Of a stretch of 64,000 nucleotides of DNA, positions 9,937 to 19,991 are shown in pieces. A program made the position numbers and the translations under genes. The notes beneath the pieces are model-generated. The model did not search any database. It worked only from the letters and a program-made list of their open reading frames with translations, and was not told the DNA's origin. Source of the stretch: Nemertoderma westbladi (taxonomy: Eukaryota > Animalia > Xenacoelomorpha). The stretch spans positions 124,001 through 188,000 of the forward strand of contig JAUCBJ010001846.1 in NCBI GenBank assembly GCA_032718475.1, read 5' to 3'. The number at the start of each line of letters is the position of its first letter. Position 1 is the first letter of the stretch.

Positions 9937-11393
9937 TGGTACAAGGTTGTGCCTCCAATGTGGGTAAAAGTTTATGGGTCAGCGGCCTGTGTTATTGGTT
10001 GCGGCAACAAAATGTGCGGGTATATCCGTTTAAGCCTCAGAATATGTCGTTAAACAGTATTTCAATTAATGAAAACCAAGAGATGGCACGTGCCCAATTT
10101 GTGCAAGCCTTGGCTTGTGGAGTGAGGCCATCAGCAGATATGAGCCCGGTGCTTTTAAAGCCTGAATCTGAACAAGGTGCGCAGTTAGTTATTCAAGGGC
10201 AGGTGGCAGGGCGTGCGGATGCCAAACGTTGGCGAGATGAGCGTCAAAATTGGTTGCCAGCCGTTTTGGAATCTTTTGATCGAATTTGCTCTCAAGCAGA
10301 AGTTGTCATCATTGAAGGGGCTGGAAGCCCAGCCGAGATTAATTTGCGCCAAGGCGATATTGCCAACATGGGTTTTGCTCAATTGGTTCAAAGCCCCGTG
10401 TTGTTGATTGGTGATATTGATTGTGGAGGGGTATTTGCCCAATTATATGGCACCTTATCACTTTTATCTTCATCCGACCGCTCATTGGTTAAAGCCTTAT
10501 TGATTAATCGTTTTCGTGGTGATATGAGTCTTTTAAAGCCAGGGTTGGATTGGTTGGTCAAAAAAACAAACCAGCCGCTTTTGGGGGTGATGCCCTATTT
10601 GAAAGACATTTATATGGATGCAGAAGATAGTTTATCAACACCACCTGCCAACACAAAGGCTAAAAATGGTTTGAAAGTTGGGATTATTCGCTACCCAAAA
10701 ATGAGCAATGTCAATGATTTTGAGCTTCTTTTGCAGTGCGATGGTTTATCAGTTCAGTGGTTGTTGAAAGCAGCTGATTATCAGGGCGTGGATTTAATAA
10801 TTTTACCCGGCAGCAAGTCTGTGATCAGTGATCTATTGTGGTTAAGGGCACATGATTTTGAGGCAGTTTTAAAACGTCACTTACGCTATGGGGGCTGTGT
10901 GTTTGGTATTTGTGGGGGGTTTCAAATGCTGGGCAACACTTTGGATAACCAAAGTGGAAAAGAAGGTCAACCCGGGGTTTATAAAGGGTTGGGTTTGATT
11001 GATATGGCAACACACTTTATGAGTACAAAAAAATTGGGGCATCAACAAGTACACTTGTTAAATGACAATAAAATTTTAACCGGTTATCACATGCACACGG
11101 GCTGTTCATTAGGGGATGCGCTTAAAAAAAATCCCTTATTTGAATGTGTTGATAAGGGAGAAAGAATGTTTGAAGGCTACATGTCAAATGACAAACAGTT
11201 ATTTGGCAGCTATCTGCATGGCTTATTTGATGACATTGAAGGCATAAAGGGTTTGCTAAATTTGTGGGGTTTTAAAACCAACACGGTGCTAAAAAGTGTT
11301 GATCAACTTCGGGATGATAGCTTTCAAAAACTTGCTCAAGCGATTGACCAACATTTAGATTTAGAACTAATTGAACAAATCATTAACCCATAA
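9921..11393 (+). CDS. cobQ: Cobyric acid synthase
   Basis: MVQG.ASNVGKS, FKPQNMS, EGAGSPAEINL, glutaminase GICGGFQMLG, YLHGLF. Confidence 0.93.
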   Translation: MAKILMVQGCASNVGKSLWVSGLCYWLRQQNVRVYPFKPQNMSLNSISINENQEMARAQFVQALACGVRPSADMSPVLLKPESEQGAQLVIQGQVAGRADAKRWRDERQNWLPAVLESFDRICSQAEVVIIEGAGSPAEINLRQGDIANMGFAQLVQSPVLLIGDIDCGGVFAQLYGTLSLLSSSDRSLVKALLINRFRGDMSLLKPGLDWLVKKTNQPLLGVMPYLKDIYMDAEDSLSTPPANTKAKNGLKVGIIRYPKMSNVNDFELLLQCDGLSVQWLLKAADYQGVDLIILPGSKSVISDLLWLRAHDFEAVLKRHLRYGGCVFGICGGFQMLGNTLDNQSGKEGQPGVYKGLGLIDMATHFMSTKKLGHQQVHLLNDNKILTGYHMHTGCSLGDALKKNPLFECVDKGERMFEGYMSNDKQLFGSYLHGLFDDIEGIKGLLNLWGFKTNTVLKSVDQLRDDSFQKLAQAIDQHLDLELIEQIINP

Positions 11394-11476
11394 ATTTGGG
11401 ATGTTAATTTGATTAAAAAACGTTACAATACACCGCTTGGTATGCATTTATTCAAACCCAACTGATAAAACTAAAC

Positions 11477-12256
11477 ATGTATTTAAAAGCAATTGCCACT
11501 GCGTCACTGTTGATTCCTAGCTTATTAAATGCGCTTGAATTTAATATGCCCGTGGGGGTCAGCGAGGTTAGCCAGTCTGTTTACAGCTTGCACATGTTTG
11601 TTTTTTACATCAGCTTATTCATTGGCTTGGTAGTGGTCGCCATTTTGCTGTGGTCAATTATTAGGTATCGACAATCTGCCAACCCCACCCCTTCCAAATT
11701 TCATGAAAGTTTAAAACTTGAAATTATTTGGACCATCATCCCTTTTATTATTTTAATTATTATTGGCTATCCTGCCGCGAAACTGATTATTAAAATGTAT
11801 GACACCAGTGCTTCTCAAATTGATATACAAATCACAGGTCATCAGTGGAAGTGGCAGTACGAATATTTAAATGAAGGAATAGAGTTTTTTAGCCATCTTA
11901 ATAATTCCTATGATGATATTTATCAAACAGACACTGATCAATTACCCGATGATTATCTTTTAACCACCGACAACCCCGTCGTGGTACCTGTAGGGGTTAA
12001 GGTGCGGTTTTTAGCAACGTCAGCCGATGTAGTGCATTCATGGTGGATGCCCGATTTAGCCATTAAACGAGATGCCATCCCAGGGTTTATTAACGAAGCG
12101 TGGGCACTGATTAAACAGCCCGGCACTTACTACGGGCGCTGTACAGAATTGTGTGGAACAGGCCATGGTTATATGCCCATTACCGTCAAGGCCGTTACCC
12201 CTAAAGAATACGAAAGCTGGGTGCAATTAAAGACACAACAAAGAATCAAGAGGTAA
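11477..12256 (+). CDS. coxB: Cytochrome c oxidase subunit II
   Basis: [16 protein letters not shown], CuA motif [12 protein letters not shown]; no fused cytochrome c domain. Confidence 0.95.
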   Translation: MYLKAIATASLLIPSLLNALEFNMPVGVSEVSQSVYSLHMFVFYISLFIGLVVVAILLWSIIRYRQSANPTPSKFHESLKLEIIWTIIPFIILIIIGYPAAKLIIKMYDTSASQIDIQITGHQWKWQYEYLNEGIEFFSHLNNSYDDIYQTDTDQLPDDYLLTTDNPVVVPVGVKVRFLATSADVVHSWWMPDLAIKRDAIPGFINEAWALIKQPGTYYGRCTELCGTGHGYMPITVKAVTPKEYESWVQLKTQQRIKR

Positions 12257-12261
12257 TAAAC

Positions 12262-13806
12262 ATGCAGATGACAGGGTGGAGCCGTTGGCTTTTAACGACC
12301 AACCATAAAGACATCGGTACCATGTATGTTGTCTTTAGCCTATTGATGTTTTTTGTGGGCGGCATCATGGCACTGATTATCCGAACCGAGCTGTTTCAAC
12401 CCGGCCTCCAATTTATTGAACCCAACTTTTTTAACCAAATGACCACCATGCATGGCGTTATCATGGTATTTGGTTTTATCATGCCGGCCTTTGTAGGGCT
12501 AGCGAACTGGATGATTCCTTTAATGATTGGTGCGCCTGACATGGCCTTGCCTAGGCTGAATAACTGGAGTTTTTGGTTGTTGGTATTTGCCATGATTTTG
12601 GGGGGCTCTACACTGTTTATGGAGGGTGGCGGCCCTAATTTTGGCTGGACATTTTATGCCCCACTTTCAACCACCTATGCACCGCCGAGCACCACCTATT
12701 TTATTTTTGCCGTTCACATGTTGGGTATTTCATCCATTATGGGTTCTATTAATGTGATCGTCACCGTATTTAACATGCGAGCTCCTGGGATGAGCCTAAT
12801 GAAAATGCCACTATTTGTTTGGGGGTGGCTGATCACGGCACTTTTGGTTTTAACAGTGATGCCTGTTTTGGCAGGTGTGGTGACGATGATGTTATTTGAC
12901 ATCCATTTTGGCACCAGTTTTTTTAATGCCGCGGGTGGGGGCGACCCGGTATTGTTTCAACATATATTTTGGTTTTTTGGTCACCCTGAGGTTTATATTA
13001 TTATTTTGCCTTCGTTTGGTGTGATATCAGAGATTATCCCCGTATTTAGTCGCAAGCGTTTATTTGGCTATCATTCCATGGTGTATGCCACCTGTGGCAT
13101 TGCGCTGTTGTCATTTATTGTATGGGCGCACCATATGTTTACGGTGGGTATGCCCATTGAAGGGCAGCTTTTTTTTATGACAGCTACCATGCTCATTGCC
13201 GTGCCTACGGGGGTGAAAATATTTAATTGGCTGGCCACTTTATTTAAAGGTTCTATCACCTTTGAAACACCGATGTTATTTGCCTTGGCCTTTGTGGTGC
13301 TTTTTACCATCGGTGGCCTTTCAGGCATTATGCTGGCGGCCGCGCCGGCTGATATTCAATACCACGATACCTATTTTGTGGTTGCCCATTTTCATTATGT
13401 GATCGTCCCTGGGGCAGTGTTTGCCTTTTTTGCGGCTTGTTATTATTGGTTGCCAAAATGGTCAGGCAAGTTATACAAGGAATCGTTAGGTCGCTGGCAT
13501 TTTTGGTTGTCGTTTGTGGGTATGAATTTAACGTTTTTCCCCATGCATTTTGCAGGCTTAGCGGGCATGCCAAGGCGCGTGCCTGATTATGCGTTAATGT
13601 TTACTGATTTTAATGTGGTCTCGTCAGTGGGTGGTTTTTTATTTGGATTTGCCCAGTTGTTGTTTGTGTATTTGATGATAGAGGCCATTTTATCTAGCCG
13701 AAAGGTTTCAGCAAATCCTTGGAATGCGCATGCTACGGGGTTAGAGTGGACAATACCTTCACCGGCACCTTATCACACCTTTGATAAGCCGCCGGTGATT
13801 AAATAA
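12262..13806 (+). CDS. coxA: Cytochrome c oxidase subunit I (A1 type)
   Basis: TNHKDIG, FGHPEVY, WAHHM, HFHY, GMPRR. Confidence 0.97.
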   Translation: MQMTGWSRWLLTTNHKDIGTMYVVFSLLMFFVGGIMALIIRTELFQPGLQFIEPNFFNQMTTMHGVIMVFGFIMPAFVGLANWMIPLMIGAPDMALPRLNNWSFWLLVFAMILGGSTLFMEGGGPNFGWTFYAPLSTTYAPPSTTYFIFAVHMLGISSIMGSINVIVTVFNMRAPGMSLMKMPLFVWGWLITALLVLTVMPVLAGVVTMMLFDIHFGTSFFNAAGGGDPVLFQHIFWFFGHPEVYIIILPSFGVISEIIPVFSRKRLFGYHSMVYATCGIALLSFIVWAHHMFTVGMPIEGQLFFMTATMLIAVPTGVKIFNWLATLFKGSITFETPMLFALAFVVLFTIGGLSGIMLAAAPADIQYHDTYFVVAHFHYVIVPGAVFAFFAACYYWLPKWSGKLYKESLGRWHFWLSFVGMNLTFFPMHFAGLAGMPRRVPDYALMFTDFNVVSSVGGFLFGFAQLLFVYLMIEAILSSRKVSANPWNAHATGLEWTIPSPAPYHTFDKPPVIK

Positions 13807-13826
13807 ATGGATATTTGTAAACGTTT

Positions 13827-14243
13827 ATGAAAAAAATCATATTGGATGTGTACTTATTATTGGTGTGTTTGATCGCAGTTATCTTTTTAACCGTCAATGT
13901 GGGTTTTGGTGTTTATAGCTTAATAGGTTTGGTTGCGCCTGATTTGACTATTGAGTCCTACAAATATGATTATTTACAATCAAATGATGATGATCGGTAT
14001 CACAGCCGAGGACTCAACGAAAAGGATAATAAGAAAGGTAAACTAAGCGAGACAGAAATTACCAATTTAAGGGAGGTTGCTTATAAAACTGAAATAAAAT
14101 TAGAAGCTAGGAATAATCTTCAAAATTTTATAAGAGAATTAATATTTACGCTTTTATTCGGTGTTGTTTTGTTTATTCATTACAGAATGTACAGCGCCCA
14201 AAAAACACATAGCTATTTTTGTTATGCATGTAAAAGCTTTTAA
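13827..14243 (+). CDS. Two-TM hypothetical membrane protein (DUF5671-like pattern) inserted in the cox operon
   Basis: YLLLVCLIAV...; C-terminal helix LLFGVVLFIHYR; not a normal member of coxBA-ctaG-coxC. Confidence 0.65.
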   Translation: MKKIILDVYLLLVCLIAVIFLTVNVGFGVYSLIGLVAPDLTIESYKYDYLQSNDDDRYHSRGLNEKDNKKGKLSETEITNLREVAYKTEIKLEARNNLQNFIRELIFTLLFGVVLFIHYRMYSAQKTHSYFCYACKSF

Positions 14244-14763
14244 ATTTGGTTTACTTTCAGTGTTAATGTTTGGCTTTAGTTTTGCGATGGTACCGTTGTA
14301 TGATGCATTTTGTGAAATAACAGGGCTTAATGGCAAGACCAATTCATCGGCTTACAACCTCGGTGTACATACAGTTGATGATAAGCGTTTGGTGGGAGTT
14401 CAATTTTCAAAAGTTTCAGCTAGTTTGAAGGGTATTGAGGTTAAGCCGTCTGATAAAATAATTCAATTGCACCCCGGGGAGATTAAAAAAACCACCTATG
14501 TGGTGCATAACCAAACCAATGCAACAGTGGTTTTAATGGCTGTGCCTAGTGTAGCGCCCTCAGAGGCTTCCATGTATTTGCAAAAACTGGATTGTTTTTG
14601 TTTTGAGCAGCAATTGATCAAACCTAATTCAAGCCTTGAGATGCCAGTGGTTTTTTTTGTTGAGGCGAGTTTGCCAACTCATATTGAAAAAATGACACTT
14701 AATTACACTATTTATAAAACAGATCAGTTGGCTAGTCGGGCGGCTGATCGAATCACTCAATAA
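14224..14763 (+). CDS. ctaG: Cytochrome c oxidase assembly protein CtaG/Cox11
   Basis: MFGFSFAMVPLYDAFCEITGLNGKT, KLDCFCF copper motif; likely ATG at 14224. Confidence 0.93.
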   Translation: MHVKAFKFGLLSVLMFGFSFAMVPLYDAFCEITGLNGKTNSSAYNLGVHTVDDKRLVGVQFSKVSASLKGIEVKPSDKIIQLHPGEIKKTTYVVHNQTNATVVLMAVPSVAPSEASMYLQKLDCFCFEQQLIKPNSSLEMPVVFFVEASLPTHIEKMTLNYTIYKTDQLASRAADRITQ

Positions 14764-14781
14764 ATGTAAGGATGATAGGTT

Positions 14782-15672
14782 ATGTCAGGTAGTTATTATG
14801 TGCCTCCTAAAAGTTATTGGCCGGTGGCAACCTCAATGGCTTTGTTTGTTTTTTTGTTTGGTTTTGCATCCTTTTTAAACTCAATCGCTCAAAACACCCC
14901 GGGGCACTTGGCTGGCAATTTATTTTTCATCGGTTCAGTCGGCCTTGTTTTATGTATATTTGGGTGGTCTAGGGATATTATTTCAGAATCCCTTAAAAAA
15001 CTTTACTCAAGCCAATTAAATAATTCGTTGCGCACTGGGGTGTTGTGGTTTATTTTCTCTGAAGTATGGTTTTTTACAGTCCTTTTTGGCGCTATTTTTT
15101 ATGTTCGGTTTCTAACATTGCCGTGGCTGGCTGGCGAGGGTACAGGTGCTTTAACACATGCATTGTTGTGGCCCCGTTTTGTTTACGAGTGGCCGCTTTT
15201 TAATTTTCCTGACATCAATCACACAGATTTAATTGTTCCTAAAGGCGCGATTGATGCATGGCATTTGCCGCTTTTAAATACCATTATTTTGGTGGCGTCA
15301 AGCATTACTTTAACCATTTCACATCATGGCTTGATGCATAGTCAGTTGAGGCGGGCAACAAATTATTTAATTGTCACTGTACTGTTAGGGGCTTTGTTTA
15401 TTGTGCTTCAGGCCATGGAGTATGTAGAGGCCTACCATGAGCTAGATTTACAGTTGGAGTCTGGCATTTATGGGAGTTTGTTTTTCCTAGCCACAGGGTT
15501 TCATGGGTTGCATGTCACCCTTGGTACACTTTTTTTAGTGTTTATTTTGGTACGTTTAATGCGGGGTCATTTTTCACCCAGGCATCATTTTGGTTTTGAG
15601 GCAGGTGCTTGGTACTGGCATTTTGTAGATGTAGTATGGATTTTATTATTTTTTACAGTTTATTTATTGTAG
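14782..15672 (+). CDS. coxC: Cytochrome c oxidase subunit III
   Basis: WFIFSEVWFF, TGFHGLHV, WYWHFVDVVW. Confidence 0.96.
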   Translation: MSGSYYVPPKSYWPVATSMALFVFLFGFASFLNSIAQNTPGHLAGNLFFIGSVGLVLCIFGWSRDIISESLKKLYSSQLNNSLRTGVLWFIFSEVWFFTVLFGAIFYVRFLTLPWLAGEGTGALTHALLWPRFVYEWPLFNFPDINHTDLIVPKGAIDAWHLPLLNTIILVASSITLTISHHGLMHSQLRRATNYLIVTVLLGALFIVLQAMEYVEAYHELDLQLESGIYGSLFFLATGFHGLHVTLGTLFLVFILVRLMRGHFSPRHHFGFEAGAWYWHFVDVVWILLFFTVYLL

Positions 15673-15887
15673 GTGGATTTTGACCATTGTGCTTTTTTAC
15701 TCACTGTTAAGTCACTTGAAAAAACACCTAGTATAATCAATAAAATGGTTAACACCCCCATTGTGATTCGAATTTTTAGTGAGAAAAGTAGTTTATTTTT
15801 GTTGCCTTTAAATAGAGCTAATACACTGATTGATAGGTAGATAAACATTAAAACAATCAACACAAGGATAAAAATTTTATAAATCAT
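15660..15887 (-). CDS. Twin-transmembrane small protein (DUF2909/HIG1-like)
   Basis: Two TM helices; usual antisense position between coxC and the SURF1 gene in gammaproteobacteria. Confidence 0.7.
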   Translation of the reverse strand: MIYKIFILVLIVLMFIYLSISVLALFKGNKNKLLFSLKIRITMGVLTILLIILGVFSSDLTVSKKAQWSKSTYNK

Positions 15888-15898
15888 GTTCGTTTGAT

Positions 15899-16615
15899 AT
15901 GCGCTTTAATAACAGGCGGTTCATCTCATTATTATATTGGTTTTTTTATGGAGGTGTTGCCGTTATTTTTTTGAACTTAAGCATGTGGCAATACAACCGA
16001 GCGGTTGAGAAGTCTTTGTTGTTAAAAAAACTTATGTTGGTTGAGCAAGTCGCTGAGCCTGTGTTTTTTAGTGAAAAGTTTAGCACAACTGAAGTACTCT
16101 TTTTTTTGGATGGTCATTTTATAAAGGCGACTGAATTTTTAATTAACGCACGATTTTTAAAAGGGCAAATTGGGTATGAAGTGGTGAGTTTGTTTCAAGC
16201 GACTGATGGTCAACGTTATTGGGTGAACCGTGGTTGGATCAAGCGCTACGCGGATCGAAGCTTTAATGATTGGCAAACCAGTTTTAAAAAGCAGCGTTTG
16301 GAATTTTATGTGAAATCATCTGATCAAACAAACAGTACCGGGGTTGATGTTGAACATTTTAATGGGCAGTTTATATTGCCTTATTTGCATGTGGGGCATT
16401 TGAACAAATTATCGCACCCGTTATTGGGTTCAGATAATTTTGTTTTGTATGCCTTGGCTGATCAGCCCAATGTTTTTTTGGTGGACAGTGCTTCTCAAAA
16501 GGCCATGCTTCAAAAAAGAATAATCAAGCACTACATGTACGTTGGCCAGTGGGTTTTGATTGCGTTAGTATGGTTATTCATGGGTTTTATTTTCAAGCGC
16601 GCTTATGAAAAATAA
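15899..16615 (+). CDS. SURF1-family oxidase assembly protein
   Basis: LSMWQYNRA, WVNRGWI, HYMYVGQW. Confidence 0.88.
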   Translation: MRFNNRRFISLLYWFFYGGVAVIFLNLSMWQYNRAVEKSLLLKKLMLVEQVAEPVFFSEKFSTTEVLFFLDGHFIKATEFLINARFLKGQIGYEVVSLFQATDGQRYWVNRGWIKRYADRSFNDWQTSFKKQRLEFYVKSSDQTNSTGVDVEHFNGQFILPYLHVGHLNKLSHPLLGSDNFVLYALADQPNVFLVDSASQKAMLQKRIIKHYMYVGQWVLIALVWLFMGFIFKRAYEK

Positions 16616-17132
16616 TCGAAGGCAATTAATCGTTGTATTTTTGGTGGGGTTTTTACCCATCGCGGTGGCGTATCTTTTTTACACAGGTTATTTAAATGTG
16701 GGTGGGGCAAAAAAAAATAAGGGTATTTTAATTAGTCCGCCTATCATATTTAGTTTTTTACCAGATGATCATCCATGGTTATGGGTGTATTTTGGGGGAC
16801 GCGATTGTCATCAAGTTTGTCAAAATCGTCTAGCTGCAATGGCGCGCGCCCATTTGGCTTTGGGCAAGCATTTTCAAAAGGTGAATCGTGTGTATGCAAG
16901 CACACAAAAACTTAGCGAGAAGACGAATTTGTTTTTAAAACAAACTGATCCACAGCTCAAGCAAGTGATTGTTCAGATTGATCAGTTAAAACAAGCCATA
17001 GCGCCTGTTGAATTGGATGAGGGGTTCATTTTTTTAGTCAGTCCTGATAATTATTTAGTGCTTTATTATGATCAGTCGCATACTGTAGGTACGATTTTAA
17101 AAGATTCAAAATTTTTACTTAAGTCTCAATGA
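16605..17132 (+). CDS. Oxidase-associated membrane-anchored thioredoxin/SCO-like protein
   Basis: N-terminal TM, NKGILISPP, CHQVC motif; usual position between SURF1 and ctaA. Confidence 0.7.
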   Translation: MKNNRRQLIVVFLVGFLPIAVAYLFYTGYLNVGGAKKNKGILISPPIIFSFLPDDHPWLWVYFGGRDCHQVCQNRLAAMARAHLALGKHFQKVNRVYASTQKLSEKTNLFLKQTDPQLKQVIVQIDQLKQAIAPVELDEGFIFLVSPDNYLVLYYDQSHTVGTILKDSKFLLKSQ

Positions 17133-18124
17133 AGCGCTTTGTTGATTTAACCATTATTTTAACGCTCATTTTAATTGGTGTGGGGGCATGGACGCGTCTT
17201 TCGCATGCAGGATTGGGTTGCCCTGATTGGCCCATGTGTTATGGTTTTTTCTTACCGCCTGAATCTGGTGAACAAATTGCCAAGGCATTGGAACGTTTTG
17301 CAGGGGCCGTGGTGGAGCCTGACAAGGCATGGATTGAGATGATCCATCGCTACCTAGCAAGTGCCTTGGGGCTTTTTATAATGGCACTAGCAGCTTTTGG
17401 TTGGTATAAGCGCATAGAAAAACCGGTGGTCTTTAAACTGGGGGTGGCAACTTTTTTGTTTGTGATTGTTCAAGGGCTGTTTGGCATGTGGACAGTCACC
17501 TTAAAGCTGTGGCCGCAAGTGGTAACCCTGCATTTGTTGGGCGGCATGTTGTTGTTAGGGCTTTTAGTTGGTTATCGAGGTGCTTTAAGCAAGCCGTTTT
17601 TGTTGGAAAGCTCTTCAATTGGTGATAGTGAGCTTAGCGGGGCCAAGAAAATGTTTGTTATTGTGCTGATATTATTATTAATCCAAATTGGATTAGGGGG
17701 ATGGTTAACGTCCAATTATGCCGCTGCTGCCTGCTATGATTTCCCAACCTGCCAAGGGGTTTGGTGGCCATATCAAGATTATAGTGCAGGTTTTAATATT
17801 TTCCAGTCCATTGGGCCCAATTATTTAGGTGGGCAGATTGATCACCCCGCTAAAACGGCTATTCACATGGCGCATCGGTTAGGTGCATTGGTGTTGTTTA
17901 CAGTTTCGATAGTTGTGCTAATTTTTTGGTGCCGGCGCATTCAGGTTTTGCGATTATATTCGGTGATTTTAATGCTTGTCTTGGGTATTCAGGTAGCCCT
18001 AGGGGTTGGCAATATTTGGTTGAATTTGCCGCTTCATTTAGCAGTGGCGCATAATATGATGGCCGCTATGCTTTTGGCATTGTGGGTGAATGTAGGTGTT
18101 TTTATATGGATGCAGTCAAAGTAA
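17129..18124 (+). CDS. ctaA: Heme A synthase (COX15/CtaA)
   Basis: TRLSHAGLGCPDWPMC, EMIHRY, HLLGG, HMAHR. Confidence 0.93.
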   Translation: MKRFVDLTIILTLILIGVGAWTRLSHAGLGCPDWPMCYGFFLPPESGEQIAKALERFAGAVVEPDKAWIEMIHRYLASALGLFIMALAAFGWYKRIEKPVVFKLGVATFLFVIVQGLFGMWTVTLKLWPQVVTLHLLGGMLLLGLLVGYRGALSKPFLLESSSIGDSELSGAKKMFVIVLILLLIQIGLGGWLTSNYAAAACYDFPTCQGVWWPYQDYSAGFNIFQSIGPNYLGGQIDHPAKTAIHMAHRLGALVLFTVSIVVLIFWCRRIQVLRLYSVILMLVLGIQVALGVGNIWLNLPLHLAVAHNMMAAMLLALWVNVGVFIWMQSK

Positions 18125-18996
18125 TAGCAGCTTATTACGAGCTTTGTAAACCGCGAGTGGTGGTGATGATGTTGTTAACGGCTTTGGTAGGGATGCTTGT
18201 AAACGATTGGCGGGCTTTATCGGTTGGTAAGGTGTTTTATGGGTTGTTGGGGATTGGGTTGTTGTCCTGTGCGGGGGGTACGTTTAATCAGGTGCTTGAT
18301 CTTGGAAATGACCGGTTAATGCGCCGAACGCAGTCGCGTCCATTGGTCAAAAGTATGCTTTCAGTTAAGGCAGGTTTTTTATGGGGCGTTTTTTTATCAT
18401 GTGCTGGCTTTTTGTTATTGTTTTTTTTTGTTAACCAGCTCACTGCGTTTTTATCTGTATTTGCCTTTGTGGGGTATGCCTTTGTTTATACTTGTTTTTT
18501 AAAGTATAAAACGCCACAAAATATTGTAATTGGAGGTTTTTTTGGAGCACTGCCGCCGCTTTTAGGATGGGTGGCAATCACAGGCTCAATTGAGCCCTAC
18601 CCGTTGGTATTGGTGATGATTATTTTTTTGTGGACACCTCCCCATTTTTGGGCGCTGGCCGTGGCAAGGAAAAAGGAGTATGCGCTGACCAGTGTGCCTG
18701 TACTTCCCGTTGTTTATGATGCGCCTTTTACAGGGCTGCATATGTTGTTGTATGGGGTTTTATTGTCGGTAGCAGGGGTTTTCCCGTATTTAATGCAGGC
18801 CAATGGGCTGTTTTATTTGTTAGGCTCGCTTGGGTTAAACGGTGTTTTTGTTGTGATGATTGTTCGCTTTATTCGCCGGGGCATGGTGCCTGAACAGAGC
18901 ATGCGGTTGTTTTGGTTTTCAGTTTACTATGTTCCTGTTTTTTTTGGGTTGTTGTTGTTGGATCGGTATTTTTTTGGTCCTACTGCCTTGTTATAG
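18106..18996 (+). CDS. cyoE: Protoheme IX farnesyltransferase (heme O synthase)
   Basis: ELCKPRVV, DRLMRRTQSRPL, TPQNIVIGG, LWTPPHFWALA; probable ATG at 18106. Confidence 0.95.
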   Translation: MDAVKVIAAYYELCKPRVVVMMLLTALVGMLVNDWRALSVGKVFYGLLGIGLLSCAGGTFNQVLDLGNDRLMRRTQSRPLVKSMLSVKAGFLWGVFLSCAGFLLLFFFVNQLTAFLSVFAFVGYAFVYTCFLKYKTPQNIVIGGFFGALPPLLGWVAITGSIEPYPLVLVMIIFLWTPPHFWALAVARKKEYALTSVPVLPVVYDAPFTGLHMLLYGVLLSVAGVFPYLMQANGLFYLLGSLGLNGVFVVMIVRFIRRGMVPEQSMRLFWFSVYYVPVFFGLLLLDRYFFGPTALL

Positions 18997-19044
18997 CTTC
19001 GCAGTACACAGGTATGTTGTTTTAGCACTTTGGGGAAGTGAAGA

Positions 19045-19200
19045 ATGCTCATATCGAGAATTGCATTAGGGGTTGTGCTGACTGTTATTATGCTTCGATA
19101 TTGGAGAGAAATTATCGGTCTGGGGACTACGGGGATATTTTTAGTTGTCTTGTTAACTGTTTTATATTTTGGTGTCACTTATATTTATGAAATTTTTTGA
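19045..19200 (+). CDS. Putative 51-aa two-TM small membrane protein
   Basis: GGGGA RBS-like sequence; MLISRIALGVVLTVIMLRYWREIIGLGTTGIFLVVLLTVLYFGVTYIYEIF; shorter than any ORF in the supplied track. Confidence 0.4.
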   Translation: MLISRIALGVVLTVIMLRYWREIIGLGTTGIFLVVLLTVLYFGVTYIYEIF

Positions 19201-19212
19201 GGGCTATATACT

Positions 19213-19990
19213 TTAATTCGCATTATTCCAATTTCCGAATCTTTTTACAGCCTCGCCATAAACAATAACGTTATCATTATAATCTTTCTTATTTGAAATG
19301 TATTTATAAAGAATTGTCATTACTCTTGGTTTAATCATATTAAATCTAACTTCCTGATAATGCTTTTCACTATTGTTTCTTATTTCCAATTCGCCTGTGT
19401 TTTTATCTTCATATTTGAATAGTGCTTTTTGTTCTGCATGTTGACCAACACTTCGCATTTCGGAATTAGATACATTAAAGACATCTCCCAATACTTTTAC
19501 TACGTCCTTGCAAGAAAATACATTGAATTTTCCGTTGTCAAAGACAGTCAAGTAGTCAATTTCTCCGCCATTAAAAATAGATTTAGACAAAAAAGCACGC
19601 AATAAAGCTTTTCTTTGAAACCTATCTTTTAACTCTTTCATTGGTGTTTTTAACCTTTCTTTTGCTTGATCAGGATTTTTCTTATACTCCTCATAAGATG
19701 GTGGGAATGTGTCAATATAATGTATTAATAACCCTCCTATACCATTTAACGCTTGAAATCCGTCATCTTCAATAAATCTTTTCGACCATATAGAAATATT
19801 TGCCACTTCTTCTTTCCACTTTTTACTGAATGTGCATCACCAGATGGATCTATAACATCCTTTTTAGCCTTTTTGTCATTGTTAAATCTTCATCCATGCC
19901 TATAGTTAACGCAAATAACTTGGCGTCATCATGTCCTGACTGCCTTATTTCTCTTGCTTTGTCAGAGCTTAACCCTCTTTTTTTACTCAT
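19213..19990 (-). pseudogene. Putative type II restriction endonuclease with two frameshifts
   Basis: Starts MSKKRGLSSDKAREIRQSGHDDAK 1 nt after the MTase stop; shifted segment KKDVIDPSGDAHSVKSG (PD-(D/E)xK-like); second shift into the 197-aa ORF. Confidence 0.7.
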
Positions 19991-19991
19991 A

